Assembly (NCBI RefSeq): GCF_000011325.1
Contig: NC_003450.3
Span: 540,001-572,000 of the forward strand
Direction: 5' to 3'
Source of the DNA: Corynebacterium glutamicum ATCC 13032
GTDB taxonomy: Bacteria; Actinomycetota; Actinomycetes; Mycobacteriales; Mycobacteriaceae
Length of the DNA: 32,000 nt
Notes under the pieces: model-generated
The model's database searches: none
Seen by the model: only the letters and a program-made list of their open reading frames with translations
What the model was told of the DNA's origin: nothing
Translations under genes and position numbers: made by a program
Shown: one piece after another, positions 1-8,183 of the stretch
How positions within the stretch are numbered: position 1 is the first letter of the stretch
Layout of the letters: each line of letters opens with the position of its first letter

Positions 1-109
1 CAAGAACGACAACGAGCCACGTGGCACCCGTATCTTCGGACCAGTTGCTCGTGAACTTCGTGAGAAGAAGTTCATGAAGATCGTTTCTCTCGCACCGGAG
101 GTGATTTAA
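1..109 (+). CDS. rplN: 50S ribosomal protein L14, 3' end (gene begins upstream of the window)
   Basis: Reading from position 2 gives ...[35 protein letters not shown], ending at TAA 107-109. This is the conserved L14 C-terminus. It lies directly upstream of rplX, as in the canonical spc operon. Confidence 0.9.
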   Translation, partial: KNDNEPRGTRIFGPVARELREKKFMKIVSLAPEVI

Positions 110-111
110 GA

Positions 112-426
112 ATGAAGGTCCACAAGGGCGATATGGTTCTGGTCATCTCAGGTCCAGACAAGGGTGCTAAGGGACAGGTCATCGCGGCTTTCCCTAAGAC
201 CGAAAAGGTTCTCGTCGAAGGCGTTAACCGCATCAAGAAGCACGTAGCTAACTCCGCACCAGAGCGTGGCGCAGAGTCCGGCGGAATCGTGACCCAGGAA
301 GCTCCGATCCATGTCTCTAACGTCATGGTCATCGACTCCGACGGAAACCCAACTCGCGTTGGCTACCGTTTCGATGAAAACGGCAAGAAGGTCCGCGTTT
401 CTCGTCGCAATGGGAAGGATATCTAA
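112..426 (+). CDS. rplX: 50S ribosomal protein L24
   Basis: 104-aa [26 protein letters not shown]... with a KOW-type N-terminus. It sits between L14 and L5. GGAGG lies just upstream at about 98-102. Confidence 0.97.
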   Translation: MKVHKGDMVLVISGPDKGAKGQVIAAFPKTEKVLVEGVNRIKKHVANSAPERGAESGGIVTQEAPIHVSNVMVIDSDGNPTRVGYRFDENGKKVRVSRRNGKDI

Positions 427-1001
427 TGACTGAGAATTACATCCCTCGTCTGAAGACCCGTTACCAGGACGAAATCCGCACCAAGCTTCAGGGCGAGTTC
501 GAGTTCGAAAACGTCATGCAGATCCCAGGCGTCACCAAGATTGTCGTCAACATGGGTGTCGGCGACGCAGCTCGTGACTCCAAGCTCATCAACGGCGCTA
601 TCGAGGACCTCACCGCAATCACCGGTCAGAAGCCACAGCTTCGCCGTGCGAAGAAGTCCATCGCTAACTTCAAGCTCCGTGAAGGCATGCCAATCGGCGC
701 AAAGGTTACCCTGCGCGGCGACCGCATGTGGGAGTTCCTGGACCGTCTGCTGACCGTGGCACTGCCACGTATCCGCGACTTCCGTGGACTTTCCGACCAG
801 CAGTTCGACGGCCACGGTAACTACACCTTCGGCCTCACCGAGCAGACCATGTTCTACGAAATCGACGTCGACAAGATCGACCGTCCTCGTGGTATGGACA
901 TCACCGTTGTTACCACCGCTGTAACCGACGATGAAGGTCGCTCCCTGCTCCGCGAGCTCGGCTTCCCATTCAAGGGTGAAGACGGCAACCGCCAGCAGTA
1001 A
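426..1001 (+). CDS. rplE: 50S ribosomal protein L5
   Basis: 191-aa ORF with typical L5 sequence (RLKTRY...[16 protein letters not shown]...). Its start overlaps the rplX stop (TAATG at 424-428). Confidence 0.97.
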   Translation: MTENYIPRLKTRYQDEIRTKLQGEFEFENVMQIPGVTKIVVNMGVGDAARDSKLINGAIEDLTAITGQKPQLRRAKKSIANFKLREGMPIGAKVTLRGDRMWEFLDRLLTVALPRIRDFRGLSDQQFDGHGNYTFGLTEQTMFYEIDVDKIDRPRGMDITVVTTAVTDDEGRSLLRELGFPFKGEDGNRQQ

Positions 1002-1012
1002 ACTGCATAGTT

Positions 1013-1046
1013 AAAAGCACTTACCTTAACTGGTAGGTGCTTTTTT
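1013..1046 (+). terminator. Rho-independent terminator after rplE
   Basis: 13-bp stem with one G-U pair (1013-1025 aaaagcacttacc against 1032-1044 ggtaggtgctttt) and a 6-nt loop, running into a T tract (1041-1046). The A tract on the 5' side gives it a bidirectional look. Confidence 0.75.
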
Positions 1047-1107
1047 CATGTCTACGCAGTGGGTAACTTTCAGAGGAAAATTACCCAACCAAAACAAAGG
1101 AACTTTC

Positions 1108-2082
1108 ATGAACGTGCAACGCAAACTGCTGGCGATCGTAGGGGCTTTCATGGCAGGGTCTTTAGCCTTGGGAACACCAACTGCACAGGCCCAAAGCATT
1201 GGCAGCAGTGCCTCACAGAGAACTGAAGTCTTACGTGGGCTGACCTCATCTGCCGGAATACCAGATGCCACAGCGCCGGAAGGCGGGGCAAAAGTCGTGG
1301 TCTTTGGAGATTCACATGCATCAGGAACCAATGCACCATTTGATGTGGATGAACGCGGCTGCCTCAAGGGGAACCAATCGTGGCCTGATCAATTGCAAGC
1401 ACAACAAGGATTGCAGCAGGGGGAGCTCATTGACCTTTCCTGCAACGGCGCCTCCATCAACTCGACGGGTTTCCACTTTTCCGATGAAGTTCGGCATGCA
1501 GAAGCACTAGGGGCCATTGGACCAAATACCGAGAACATCTTCATCCAATTTGGCAAGAATGATCAGTGGGGACACTCACCAATCAATTTGCGCTATTCCG
1601 TGATCAACTGCCTTTTTGATGCGGCCAACGGATGCGGTGAGAAAGCTGTAGCGGCTGGAACCATGCAGGATCCCTCCTCGGTCACCGGCGAAAACTATGC
1701 TCAGCGGATGAAACCTGTCATCGACTACCTCAAGTACTACGCTCCAAATGCGCAGATCACGTTGCTGGGATACCAGGAATACACCCCACGAAGCGGAAGC
1801 GAGATTTGTGTCCGCGTGGGAGGTACGGAACTAAGGAAACCAGACGCCACCAACCTGGTGTCCTATATGAACAATCTTGAGTCGGCCATTTTTGAAGCCT
1901 CTGAGATTCTTGACGTCCAGCATGCCAATCTCCGTGAGGCCACTGCAGGACACAGCAGCTGCTCAGCTGAACCGTGGGTCAACGGAGTGCTGGATATGCG
2001 GGTAAACGCTGTAGGAGGCACCTGGCACCCATCTCCAAAGGGAGATGAAGTGACCGCGGGCCTCCTCGGAACCTTGATGTAA
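1108..2082 (+). CDS. Secreted SGNH/GDSL-family hydrolase (lipase/esterase-like)
   Basis: Signal peptide MNVQRKLLAIVGAFMAGSLALGTPTAQA. SGNH block I VVVFGDSHASG, block III FGKNDQ, C-terminal WHPSPKGDE. Start moved to ATG 1108, which has AAGGA 6 nt upstream, because the 1048 start abuts the rplE terminator. Confidence 0.75.
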   Translation: MNVQRKLLAIVGAFMAGSLALGTPTAQAQSIGSSASQRTEVLRGLTSSAGIPDATAPEGGAKVVVFGDSHASGTNAPFDVDERGCLKGNQSWPDQLQAQQGLQQGELIDLSCNGASINSTGFHFSDEVRHAEALGAIGPNTENIFIQFGKNDQWGHSPINLRYSVINCLFDAANGCGEKAVAAGTMQDPSSVTGENYAQRMKPVIDYLKYYAPNAQITLLGYQEYTPRSGSEICVRVGGTELRKPDATNLVSYMNNLESAIFEASEILDVQHANLREATAGHSSCSAEPWVNGVLDMRVNAVGGTWHPSPKGDEVTAGLLGTLM

Positions 2083-2086
2083 CTAT

Positions 2087-2896
2087 CTAGAATTCTTCAT
2101 AGACGGCTGGATCTTGATCTTTGATCCGGCCGTTTTTGCGCGCCAAAGCGGTAATCGCCTGGACGTCTTCGTCGATAAGCGAAATCTTTACCGCCTCCAA
2201 GTTGCTGCGCTGCCTGGCCGGGTTGGTGGAGCGTGGAATCGGAACGATTCCCCTGGCGTGATGCCAAGCGAGGGCGATTTCGCCGCTGCCGACCCCGTAG
2301 CGCTCGCCGATTTCCTTGAGCAATGGCTCTTCGACGAGTCCGCGACCGTTGCTGAGCGGGCTCCAGGCCTCGGTAATGATGCCCAGCTCATCGTGGAAAT
2401 CTACCTGCTCCACCTGCGGGAAATAGGGGTGCAACTCGATCTGGTTAACGGCCGGCAGTTCACCGGTTTCGCGGCGCAGGCGATCAATGTGATTTGGAAG
2501 GAAGTTAGACACTCCGATGTGCTTGACCAGGCCAGCATCGCGGACTTCAATCAGCGTTTCCCACGCCTCGACGTAGAGATCCTTGCTGGGATTAGGCCAG
2601 TGAATCAAGAGGAGATCGATGTAATCTAAGTTGAGGCGGTATAGACTTTCCTCAATGCGGACGCGTCCTAGATCGCGAGCATGGAAGCGGCCAGGGAGCT
2701 TACTGGTAACAATCAATTCCTCGCGGGGGACACCCGACTCGCGGACAGCCTTGCCCACGGTACCTTCATTTTCATAGTTGTACGCGGTGTCGATGAGGCG
2801 GTAACCAGCATCAATGGCAGTAGCGATGGCTTCAACGCCAGGTGCGCCATCAAGATGAACGGTGCCGAAACCAATTGGAGGAAGGGAAAGAGTCAT
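2087..2896 (-). CDS. Aldo/keto reductase (2,5-diketo-D-gluconate reductase-like)
   Basis: 269-aa ORF with AKR hallmarks: IDTAYNYENEGTVG, LIVTSKL, LLLIHWP, IGVSNF, NQIELHP. It converges on the hydrolase gene with only 4 nt between the stop codons. Confidence 0.9.
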   Translation of the reverse strand: MTLSLPPIGFGTVHLDGAPGVEAIATAIDAGYRLIDTAYNYENEGTVGKAVRESGVPREELIVTSKLPGRFHARDLGRVRIEESLYRLNLDYIDLLLIHWPNPSKDLYVEAWETLIEVRDAGLVKHIGVSNFLPNHIDRLRRETGELPAVNQIELHPYFPQVEQVDFHDELGIITEAWSPLSNGRGLVEEPLLKEIGERYGVGSGEIALAWHHARGIVPIPRSTNPARQRSNLEAVKISLIDEDVQAITALARKNGRIKDQDPAVYEEF

Positions 2897-2917
2897 GTAC
2901 GCCAGGTTAGCGAAACT

Positions 2918-3412
2918 TCAGGGAAGGGGATCGGTAAGGAATTGAAGGTTAGGCCTCGAGGAGGAAAAGAATTCAAAAAGGCAGCCGATACGCAGGTCTC
3001 CAGGTACTTGACCATGCTCATACTTTCGCTGATCTACAGCCGACCAGGTGTAGATCTCTAGGAAGTAAAACCACTCTTCAAGGGCATTCCACAGACAGTC
3101 TTGGATTTGTTTGTGCGAGAGGTCTTCCCAGTTGTTTGGAAACGATAAAGTGACCCCCGGATAGTGGAAAGCACCCGGCTGGTGGGCGAGAAGATCGTTG
3201 ATTAATGAATCAAAATTGATGATCAATGGCATGACGAAATCTTGGTCGTCATAACTGAAACTGAAATCAGGGAACAGCCACCTTTTCGGGGAGAACTTCA
3301 TTGCCTGACCGACAGACATATCCCTGTTCTCTGCAGCTGACACGAACCACTGCGGGAAAATCCTCTCCAGCTCTTCGCGTGCTTGATTCGGCTGTTCTAC
3401 CTGTTCTGGCAT
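2918..3412 (-). CDS. Hypothetical protein (164 aa), translationally coupled to fdhD
   Basis: Long ORF whose ATG (3412-3410) overlaps the fdhD stop by 1 nt (TAATG). Trp/Phe-rich sequence with no motif I recognise. By eye it is more AT-rich than its neighbours. Confidence 0.55.
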   Translation of the reverse strand: MPEQVEQPNQAREELERIFPQWFVSAAENRDMSVGQAMKFSPKRWLFPDFSFSYDDQDFVMPLIINFDSLINDLLAHQPGAFHYPGVTLSFPNNWEDLSHKQIQDCLWNALEEWFYFLEIYTWSAVDQRKYEHGQVPGDLRIGCLFEFFSSSRPNLQFLTDPLP

Positions 3413-4329
3413 TATCCGAGCTCGCCCGCATAGTGGTTAAACTTGTTGCCCCGAACAAAACCAGCAAGGAAAATACCTGAATCCTGCGCCGCCTCGATTG
3501 CCAGCGATGTTGCAGCACCAACAGCGATTACACCCGAAATTCCAGCCATGGCAGCCTTTTGGACAAGCTCAAAAGACGCCCTAGAACTCATCACCAAAAT
3601 AGTGTTTTCCAAGGGGAGCTTTCCCGCCATCAGCATGTTTCCTATAACTTTGTCAGCTGCGTTATGCCGACCGACATCCTCTCGAATAATCAACATCTCA
3701 CCATCAAGCGTGGCCAAACCAGCAGCATGAACCCCACCAGTTTTGTCGAAAATCTTCTGCTTCGACTTCAACTTATCTGGCAACGACACAATCATCCGAG
3801 GATCCGGTGTAATCGGCGTAATGGGCCAGCCCTTCTTGTTCATCAACTGCTCAATAGACGTCGTGCCACAAACACCACAAGCAGACGTAGTCAGCACATT
3901 GCGTTGGGCTGCCACGAGGTTTAGTTCGCGTACCGGTTGGAAAGTTGGGATGTGGAGTGCTTCGTGTTGGCTGCCTTCGGGATTATGGGAGGGATTCTGG
4001 ACGGGATCCCGGGCCGGATTGTCTTTGGGGATGACATCAAGTTCTAAGACGTTGTACGTATTTTGATTATCTGGGCCAACAGCTCCTGCACAATAGCGGG
4101 CGGTAAAAACCTCAGAAGCATCCGTGATCAGACCTTCTGACAAGAGGAGGCCATGCACCAACTCAATATCATGGCCGGGCGTGCGCATAGTGGTGGTAAG
4201 CGCAGTGCCATTAACCCGAATTTCTAGAGGCTCCTCCACCGCAACAGTATCCGGACGAGTGTTAACAAAAACTTGCTCGTCAGTGGACACAACGCGTGGG
4301 ACCTGCAAGTTTTGGGTAATCCGACCCAT
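3412..4329 (-). CDS. fdhD: Formate dehydrogenase accessory sulfurtransferase FdhD
   Basis: 305-aa ORF with FdhD features: EEPLEIRVNG, TTSACGVCG cysteine motif, GGVHAA, C-terminal SSRASFELVQKA. It lies next to fdhF. Confidence 0.9.
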   Translation of the reverse strand: MGRITQNLQVPRVVSTDEQVFVNTRPDTVAVEEPLEIRVNGTALTTTMRTPGHDIELVHGLLLSEGLITDASEVFTARYCAGAVGPDNQNTYNVLELDVIPKDNPARDPVQNPSHNPEGSQHEALHIPTFQPVRELNLVAAQRNVLTTSACGVCGTTSIEQLMNKKGWPITPITPDPRMIVSLPDKLKSKQKIFDKTGGVHAAGLATLDGEMLIIREDVGRHNAADKVIGNMLMAGKLPLENTILVMSSRASFELVQKAAMAGISGVIAVGAATSLAIEAAQDSGIFLAGFVRGNKFNHYAGELG

Positions 4330-4331
4330 TT

Positions 4332-4670
4332 TTATTTAGCCTCCGGGTAATTTTTAGCGATGATTTCTTGAAGATGCAGAGCATTAACCAACGTGGACTC
4401 GGCCCAATCATCAGTGCTTGTTCCAGAACGGCCAGCAGCTAAACCAAGAAGGAAAGACGTCATTGGTGCCGCTGGTCGAGAAGGGCCATGCGCAACATCA
4501 CGCGTGAGATTCAACAGGTGGGGGACAACCTCTGCGAGAATGTCTGGATCAATATCCAGCTCTGTGCACACAGTGTCGAGCCATTGATACATTTTCTGCA
4601 TCTTCTCGGCTTCGTTGTTTTTGCTTGGGGTGGTGTCCACAGTGAAACTCGTTTCTGATGATGGCTGCAA
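4332..4670 (-). CDS. Small conserved actinobacterial protein between fdhF and fdhD (DUF6457-like by recollection); start uncertain
   Basis: ORF reading ...MQKMYQWLDTVCTELDIDPDILAEVVPHLLNLTRDVAHGPSRPAAPMTSFLLGLAAG... It ends 2 nt before the fdhD start. The 4670 start is a TTG with no SD. Internal ATGs at 4601 or 4592 are more plausible starts. Confidence 0.6.
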   Translation of the reverse strand: MQPSSETSFTVDTTPSKNNEAEKMQKMYQWLDTVCTELDIDPDILAEVVPHLLNLTRDVAHGPSRPAAPMTSFLLGLAAGRSGTSTDDWAESTLVNALHLQEIIAKNYPEAK

Positions 4671-4680
4671 TTGTAAAACT

Positions 4681-4730
4681 GCAATTATAAATAAGCCCGC
4701 ATCCTCGTTTATTTAAACAAGGAAGCGGGC
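4681..4730 (-). terminator. Candidate weak terminator or attenuator downstream of fdhF
   Basis: On the minus strand, gcccgcttcct (4730-4720) pairs with aggatgcgggc (4705-4695) with one mismatch, followed by ttatttataatt. Because the downstream genes are closely spaced, read-through is likely. Confidence 0.35.
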
Positions 4731-4753
4731 GCGGAAAATTCCCTGGTGTTTTT

Positions 4754-7042
4754 CTAAGAAGCAGTACGTCCTGTTGCTTCAAGGCGAACCACAACTGACT
4801 TGGACACTGGAGTGTTGGATTTTTCAGCTACTGAATCCAATGGAACCAATACGTTGGCCTCAGGGAAATACGTGGTGACGCAGTCCCTCGCGGTGTCATA
4901 TTCCACCACTCGGAAATTCGGTGCTCGGCGTTCGCCATCATCAAAGACAGAGACGATATCGACGATGTCTCCATCCTTGAGACCACGTTGCTTACAATCT
5001 TGAGGATTGACGAACACTACGCGGCGACCATTGCGAACACCGCGGTAGCGGTCATCCAGACCGTAAATCGTGGAGTTGTATTGATCATGTGAACGTACCG
5101 TGTTCATAAGCAAATAGTCCTTGGGTAGCTCAATCACATTGGTTTCATTAACCGTCAATTGGGCCTTGCCATTGGATGTGTTGAAGATGCGCTCACGAGG
5201 TCCGTTGGGGAGGAGGAATCCACCGGGGTTGTCGATGCGACGGTTGAAATCGTGGAACCCAGGAATGGTGGCCTCGATGTGATCGCGGACCACATCGTAG
5301 TTATCAATCATCGGCTGCCAGAAGGCATCACCGAAGGTCTGCTTACCGATGGTTCCAATGATGTCGCATTCGGACTTCAAATTCAGATCCTTGTTGGCGG
5401 TTCGTTTACCAGTGGATGCGTGAACAGCGCCGGCAGAATCCTCAACTGTCACACGCTGGACGCCTGACTTTTGGACATCCTTATCTGTTCGAGCAATCAC
5501 CGGAAGGATAAGTGACTGCTCACCAGGCCATGCTTGTGAACCATTGGGCTTGGTCGACAGATGCACCGTCAGCTCATTGGATTCCATGCCCTTTTCGACA
5601 ACAGACGTATCTGAGGACACTCGAACAAGGTTGCCACCGAGGGAGAGAAAGAACTTGGTCTTGCCTTCGCGCATGGCTCGCAGGGAATTTACCGTGTCGA
5701 AGCCGTGCTTGCGGGGCACATCGAAACCAAACTCGTTTTCAAGAGCAGCAAGGAATGCCTCCGGCATTTTCTCCCAAATACCCATGGTTCGATCACCCTG
5801 GACGTTTGAGTGCCCACGAAGCGGGGCAGTGCCTGCGCCAGGCTTACCAATATTTCCAGTAAGCAGCAGGAAGTTCACCATTTCACGGATGGTGTACACA
5901 GCGTTCTTATGCTGGGTGACCCCGAGAGTCCATGACACCACCACGGTGTCAGACTTTTCCACCATGTCAGCGGCCTTGTTGATCTCCGCTGCCGTCAGAC
6001 CGCATCCCTTGAGCAGAACCTCATCATCGAGTGATTTGAGGTGCTCGATGGTTTCATCCACACCTGAACAGAATTTATCCAAGAATGCATGATCTAGGGC
6101 ATCTCTACGGATGAGTTCCTTGTTGAGCGCCTGGAAGAATGCGCGGTCTCCATCAAGACGGATCTGCAAGTATTCATCAGCAAGTTTGTCTGAAATGCTC
6201 AACGCGCCCTTGACTGATTGGGGCTCACGGAATTTCATCAGACCGGTCTCTGGCATGGGGTTCAGCGCCAGAATCTTGCCACCGTTTTCCTTCAATTCTT
6301 TGAAAGCCGTCAACGCACGTGGGTGGTTGGTGCCCGGGTTTTGTCCCACGGAAATCAACAAATCAGTGTTGTAGAAATCCTCCATCACCACGGATCCCTT
6401 GCCCAAACCCAAGGTCTCACCCAAGGCAGTACCGGTGGACTCGTGGCACATGTTTCCACAGTCTGGAAGATTATTTGTGCCAAGTCGGCGGGCTAGAAGC
6501 TGCAGCATATAAGCCGGCTCATTGGGTGCTCGACCAGAGGTGTAAAACACCGCTTCATCTGGCTCGATCTCGCGGAGCTTCGACGCAATGATCGCAAATG
6601 CACGATCCCAAGAAATAGGGCGGTAGTGATCATCGCCAGAAGAACGATCATAAAACATGGGCTCGGTGATTCGGCCACGCTTTCCCAGCCAGTGATCGGT
6701 CTTTTCCCGCAGATCATAAATAGAATGCTCTGCCCAGAACTCTTTGCCGGCACGATCAGGTGTTGTTTCCTCGGCGACCGCCTTGGCACCGTTCTCGCAG
6801 AACTCAACCACACCAAGGTTGGCAGTGGAAGGCTCAGGCCAAGCACAACCAGGACAGTCGATGCCGCCTGGTTTATTCATGGTGAGCAACGGCAGCAGGG
6901 CACGATTCGGAACAGCATGCTGGAGCGCATGCAAAACGCCTGGCACACCAGCAGCAGAAGTAATGCGCCGTCCCACATCCGGATCATCAAATTCATTCGC
7001 GGTGGGATTCACGTTCGAAATCTCAGTTGGAGGGGTTGTCAT
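4754..7042 (-). CDS. fdhF: Molybdopterin-dependent formate dehydrogenase, FdhF/YdeP family
   Basis: 762-aa ORF with an N-terminal Cys cluster (CPGCAWPE...FCENG), a molybdopterin oxidoreductase core (GNMCHEST, NPGTNHPR, VTQH) and a C-terminal MopB-CT-like barrel. It is clustered with fdhD. Confidence 0.9.
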   Translation of the reverse strand: MTTPPTEISNVNPTANEFDDPDVGRRITSAAGVPGVLHALQHAVPNRALLPLLTMNKPGGIDCPGCAWPEPSTANLGVVEFCENGAKAVAEETTPDRAGKEFWAEHSIYDLREKTDHWLGKRGRITEPMFYDRSSGDDHYRPISWDRAFAIIASKLREIEPDEAVFYTSGRAPNEPAYMLQLLARRLGTNNLPDCGNMCHESTGTALGETLGLGKGSVVMEDFYNTDLLISVGQNPGTNHPRALTAFKELKENGGKILALNPMPETGLMKFREPQSVKGALSISDKLADEYLQIRLDGDRAFFQALNKELIRRDALDHAFLDKFCSGVDETIEHLKSLDDEVLLKGCGLTAAEINKAADMVEKSDTVVVSWTLGVTQHKNAVYTIREMVNFLLLTGNIGKPGAGTAPLRGHSNVQGDRTMGIWEKMPEAFLAALENEFGFDVPRKHGFDTVNSLRAMREGKTKFFLSLGGNLVRVSSDTSVVEKGMESNELTVHLSTKPNGSQAWPGEQSLILPVIARTDKDVQKSGVQRVTVEDSAGAVHASTGKRTANKDLNLKSECDIIGTIGKQTFGDAFWQPMIDNYDVVRDHIEATIPGFHDFNRRIDNPGGFLLPNGPRERIFNTSNGKAQLTVNETNVIELPKDYLLMNTVRSHDQYNSTIYGLDDRYRGVRNGRRVVFVNPQDCKQRGLKDGDIVDIVSVFDDGERRAPNFRVVEYDTARDCVTTYFPEANVLVPLDSVAEKSNTPVSKSVVVRLEATGRTAS

Positions 7043-7164
7043 AGGTCACAGTCTAGACCCGGCAATTGAACCCATGCCGAAAAATGAATTCTTCAATCTA
7101 TATGGGGGTATGTGGAAAACCTAAAATCAAGAGGACTCCCAGCACATGCGATAAAATCTCACAT

Positions 7165-7315
7165 GTCGTTTGATACTGCAAAGTACCGAATCGCACTGTT
7201 AGTTTTTCAAGGGAAGCCGGTTAACAATCCGGCGCTGACCCGCAACCGTAGATCACCTTCGCCTGGAGTTTTCACGCAAAGGGGACAAGCCGGATTACTT
7301 GGAAAACTGACATTG
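7165..7315 (+). promoter_or_regulatory. Cobalamin (B12) riboswitch-like leader, copy 1
   Basis: The core at 7211-7250, GGGAAGCCGGTTAACAATCCGGCGCTGACCCGCAACCGTA, matches the conserved cobalamin aptamer core (AGGGAA..GGT..AA.CC...GCTGAC.CGCA.C.GTA). A B12-box-like AAGCCGGATTACTTGG lies at 7287-7302. A possible P1 pairs 7201-7206 agtttt with 7303-7308 aaaact. TAAAAT at 7152-7157 is a possible -10. Confidence 0.75.
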
Positions 7316-7457
7316 ACTTAGAACCTTTTTGTCGTGGACTACGAAAAGCTTGCATCTTCAAATTCTGCGCACAAAGTGTTCTAAGACGACGTCTGCCCAT
7401 CGGCGCTCTAATGCACATTACAGCGTTTACAGAATTGAAAATGAAAGGTTCAAAGCC

Positions 7458-8087
7458 TTGACCATTACTTTTAGCCGCGTTGCTCTGACCACCCTGGCAG
7501 TCACCGCAACCACTTTGTCCCTGAGCACTGCTGCGAATGCACAGTCTTCCTTGTTGGATAAGACTCTTGATGCCCGTCAGTGCATCGATGCAGACAACGT
7601 CTGGGTCTCAGTTGACTATGGTGCAGATTCCGAAAAAGAACCAGAGGGCGCATGTGCCACCGAGTTCACTGATGGTGTTGTAGCTCTTGAATCTGCTGGG
7701 TTCAAACTGACCTTTGACGAATCTGAAATGGGCAAATACATGACCGGTATCAACGGAGTTGTTCCTGATTGGGTTGAAACTGGAACTTACTGGAGTTACT
7801 ACTCTGGTGAAGTCGCAGATGATTACAGCGTGGACTACACCTACTACGAGGTTGGTGCATCTAATTCTGAACCTGAAGGTGGAACTGTTGAGGCTTGGGT
7901 TGTTGGCACCGGCGAGGAAACACCAGCACTCGAGACTCTTCCTGAAACTCCAGCAGCAACCGGATCTTCTGAAGACGGCGGCTGGATTGCAGTCATCGCA
8001 GGTCTTCTCGCACTGATCGGTGGTGGAGTTGCAGCTTTGTACCAGGGCTTGATCACTATCCCAGGTCTGGTTCTGCCTAAGTTTTAA
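7458..8087 (+). CDS. Secreted, C-terminally anchored DUF4430-like (transcobalamin beta-domain-like) protein
   Basis: In-frame TTG at 7458 preceded by GAAAGG. Signal peptide TITFSRVALTTLAVTATTLSLSTAANA. The domain carrying C..V.V, AGF, YWSYY and GTVEAW is paralogous to 11851-12927. C-terminal hydrophobic anchor WIAVIAGLLALIGGGVAALY. The ORF-track start at 7329 would run into the riboswitch. Confidence 0.75.
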   Translation: MTITFSRVALTTLAVTATTLSLSTAANAQSSLLDKTLDARQCIDADNVWVSVDYGADSEKEPEGACATEFTDGVVALESAGFKLTFDESEMGKYMTGINGVVPDWVETGTYWSYYSGEVADDYSVDYTYYEVGASNSEPEGGTVEAWVVGTGEETPALETLPETPAATGSSEDGGWIAVIAGLLALIGGGVAALYQGLITIPGLVLPKF

Positions 8088-8114
8088 GCAACCTAACCTA
8101 AAGCTTCAAACAAG

Positions 8115-8156
8115 AGTGCCCACCGACCCTTCAAGATCGGTGGGCACTTTAGGTTT
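8115..8156. terminator. Bidirectional terminator between convergent units
   Basis: 12-bp perfect stem (8115-8126 agtgcccaccga against 8137-8148 tcggtgggcact). T-rich flanks follow on both strands (ttaggttt on plus, cttgtttg on minus). Confidence 0.7.
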
Positions 8157-8183
8157 GCTCCACGAAGCAAGCCAACAAAATCT

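Noticed and set aside
1048-1107. The ORF track gives an ATG 1048 start for the SGNH hydrolase.
   Set aside because: It begins 2 nt after the rplE terminator T tract with no SD. ATG 1108 has a good AAGGA and starts a canonical signal peptide.
7329-7457. The ORF track gives a TTG start at 7329 for the secreted DUF4430-like protein.
   Set aside because: It would place 43 highly basic residues in front of the signal peptide and start immediately after the riboswitch aptamer. TTG 7458, preceded by GAAAGG, gives a standard signal peptide.
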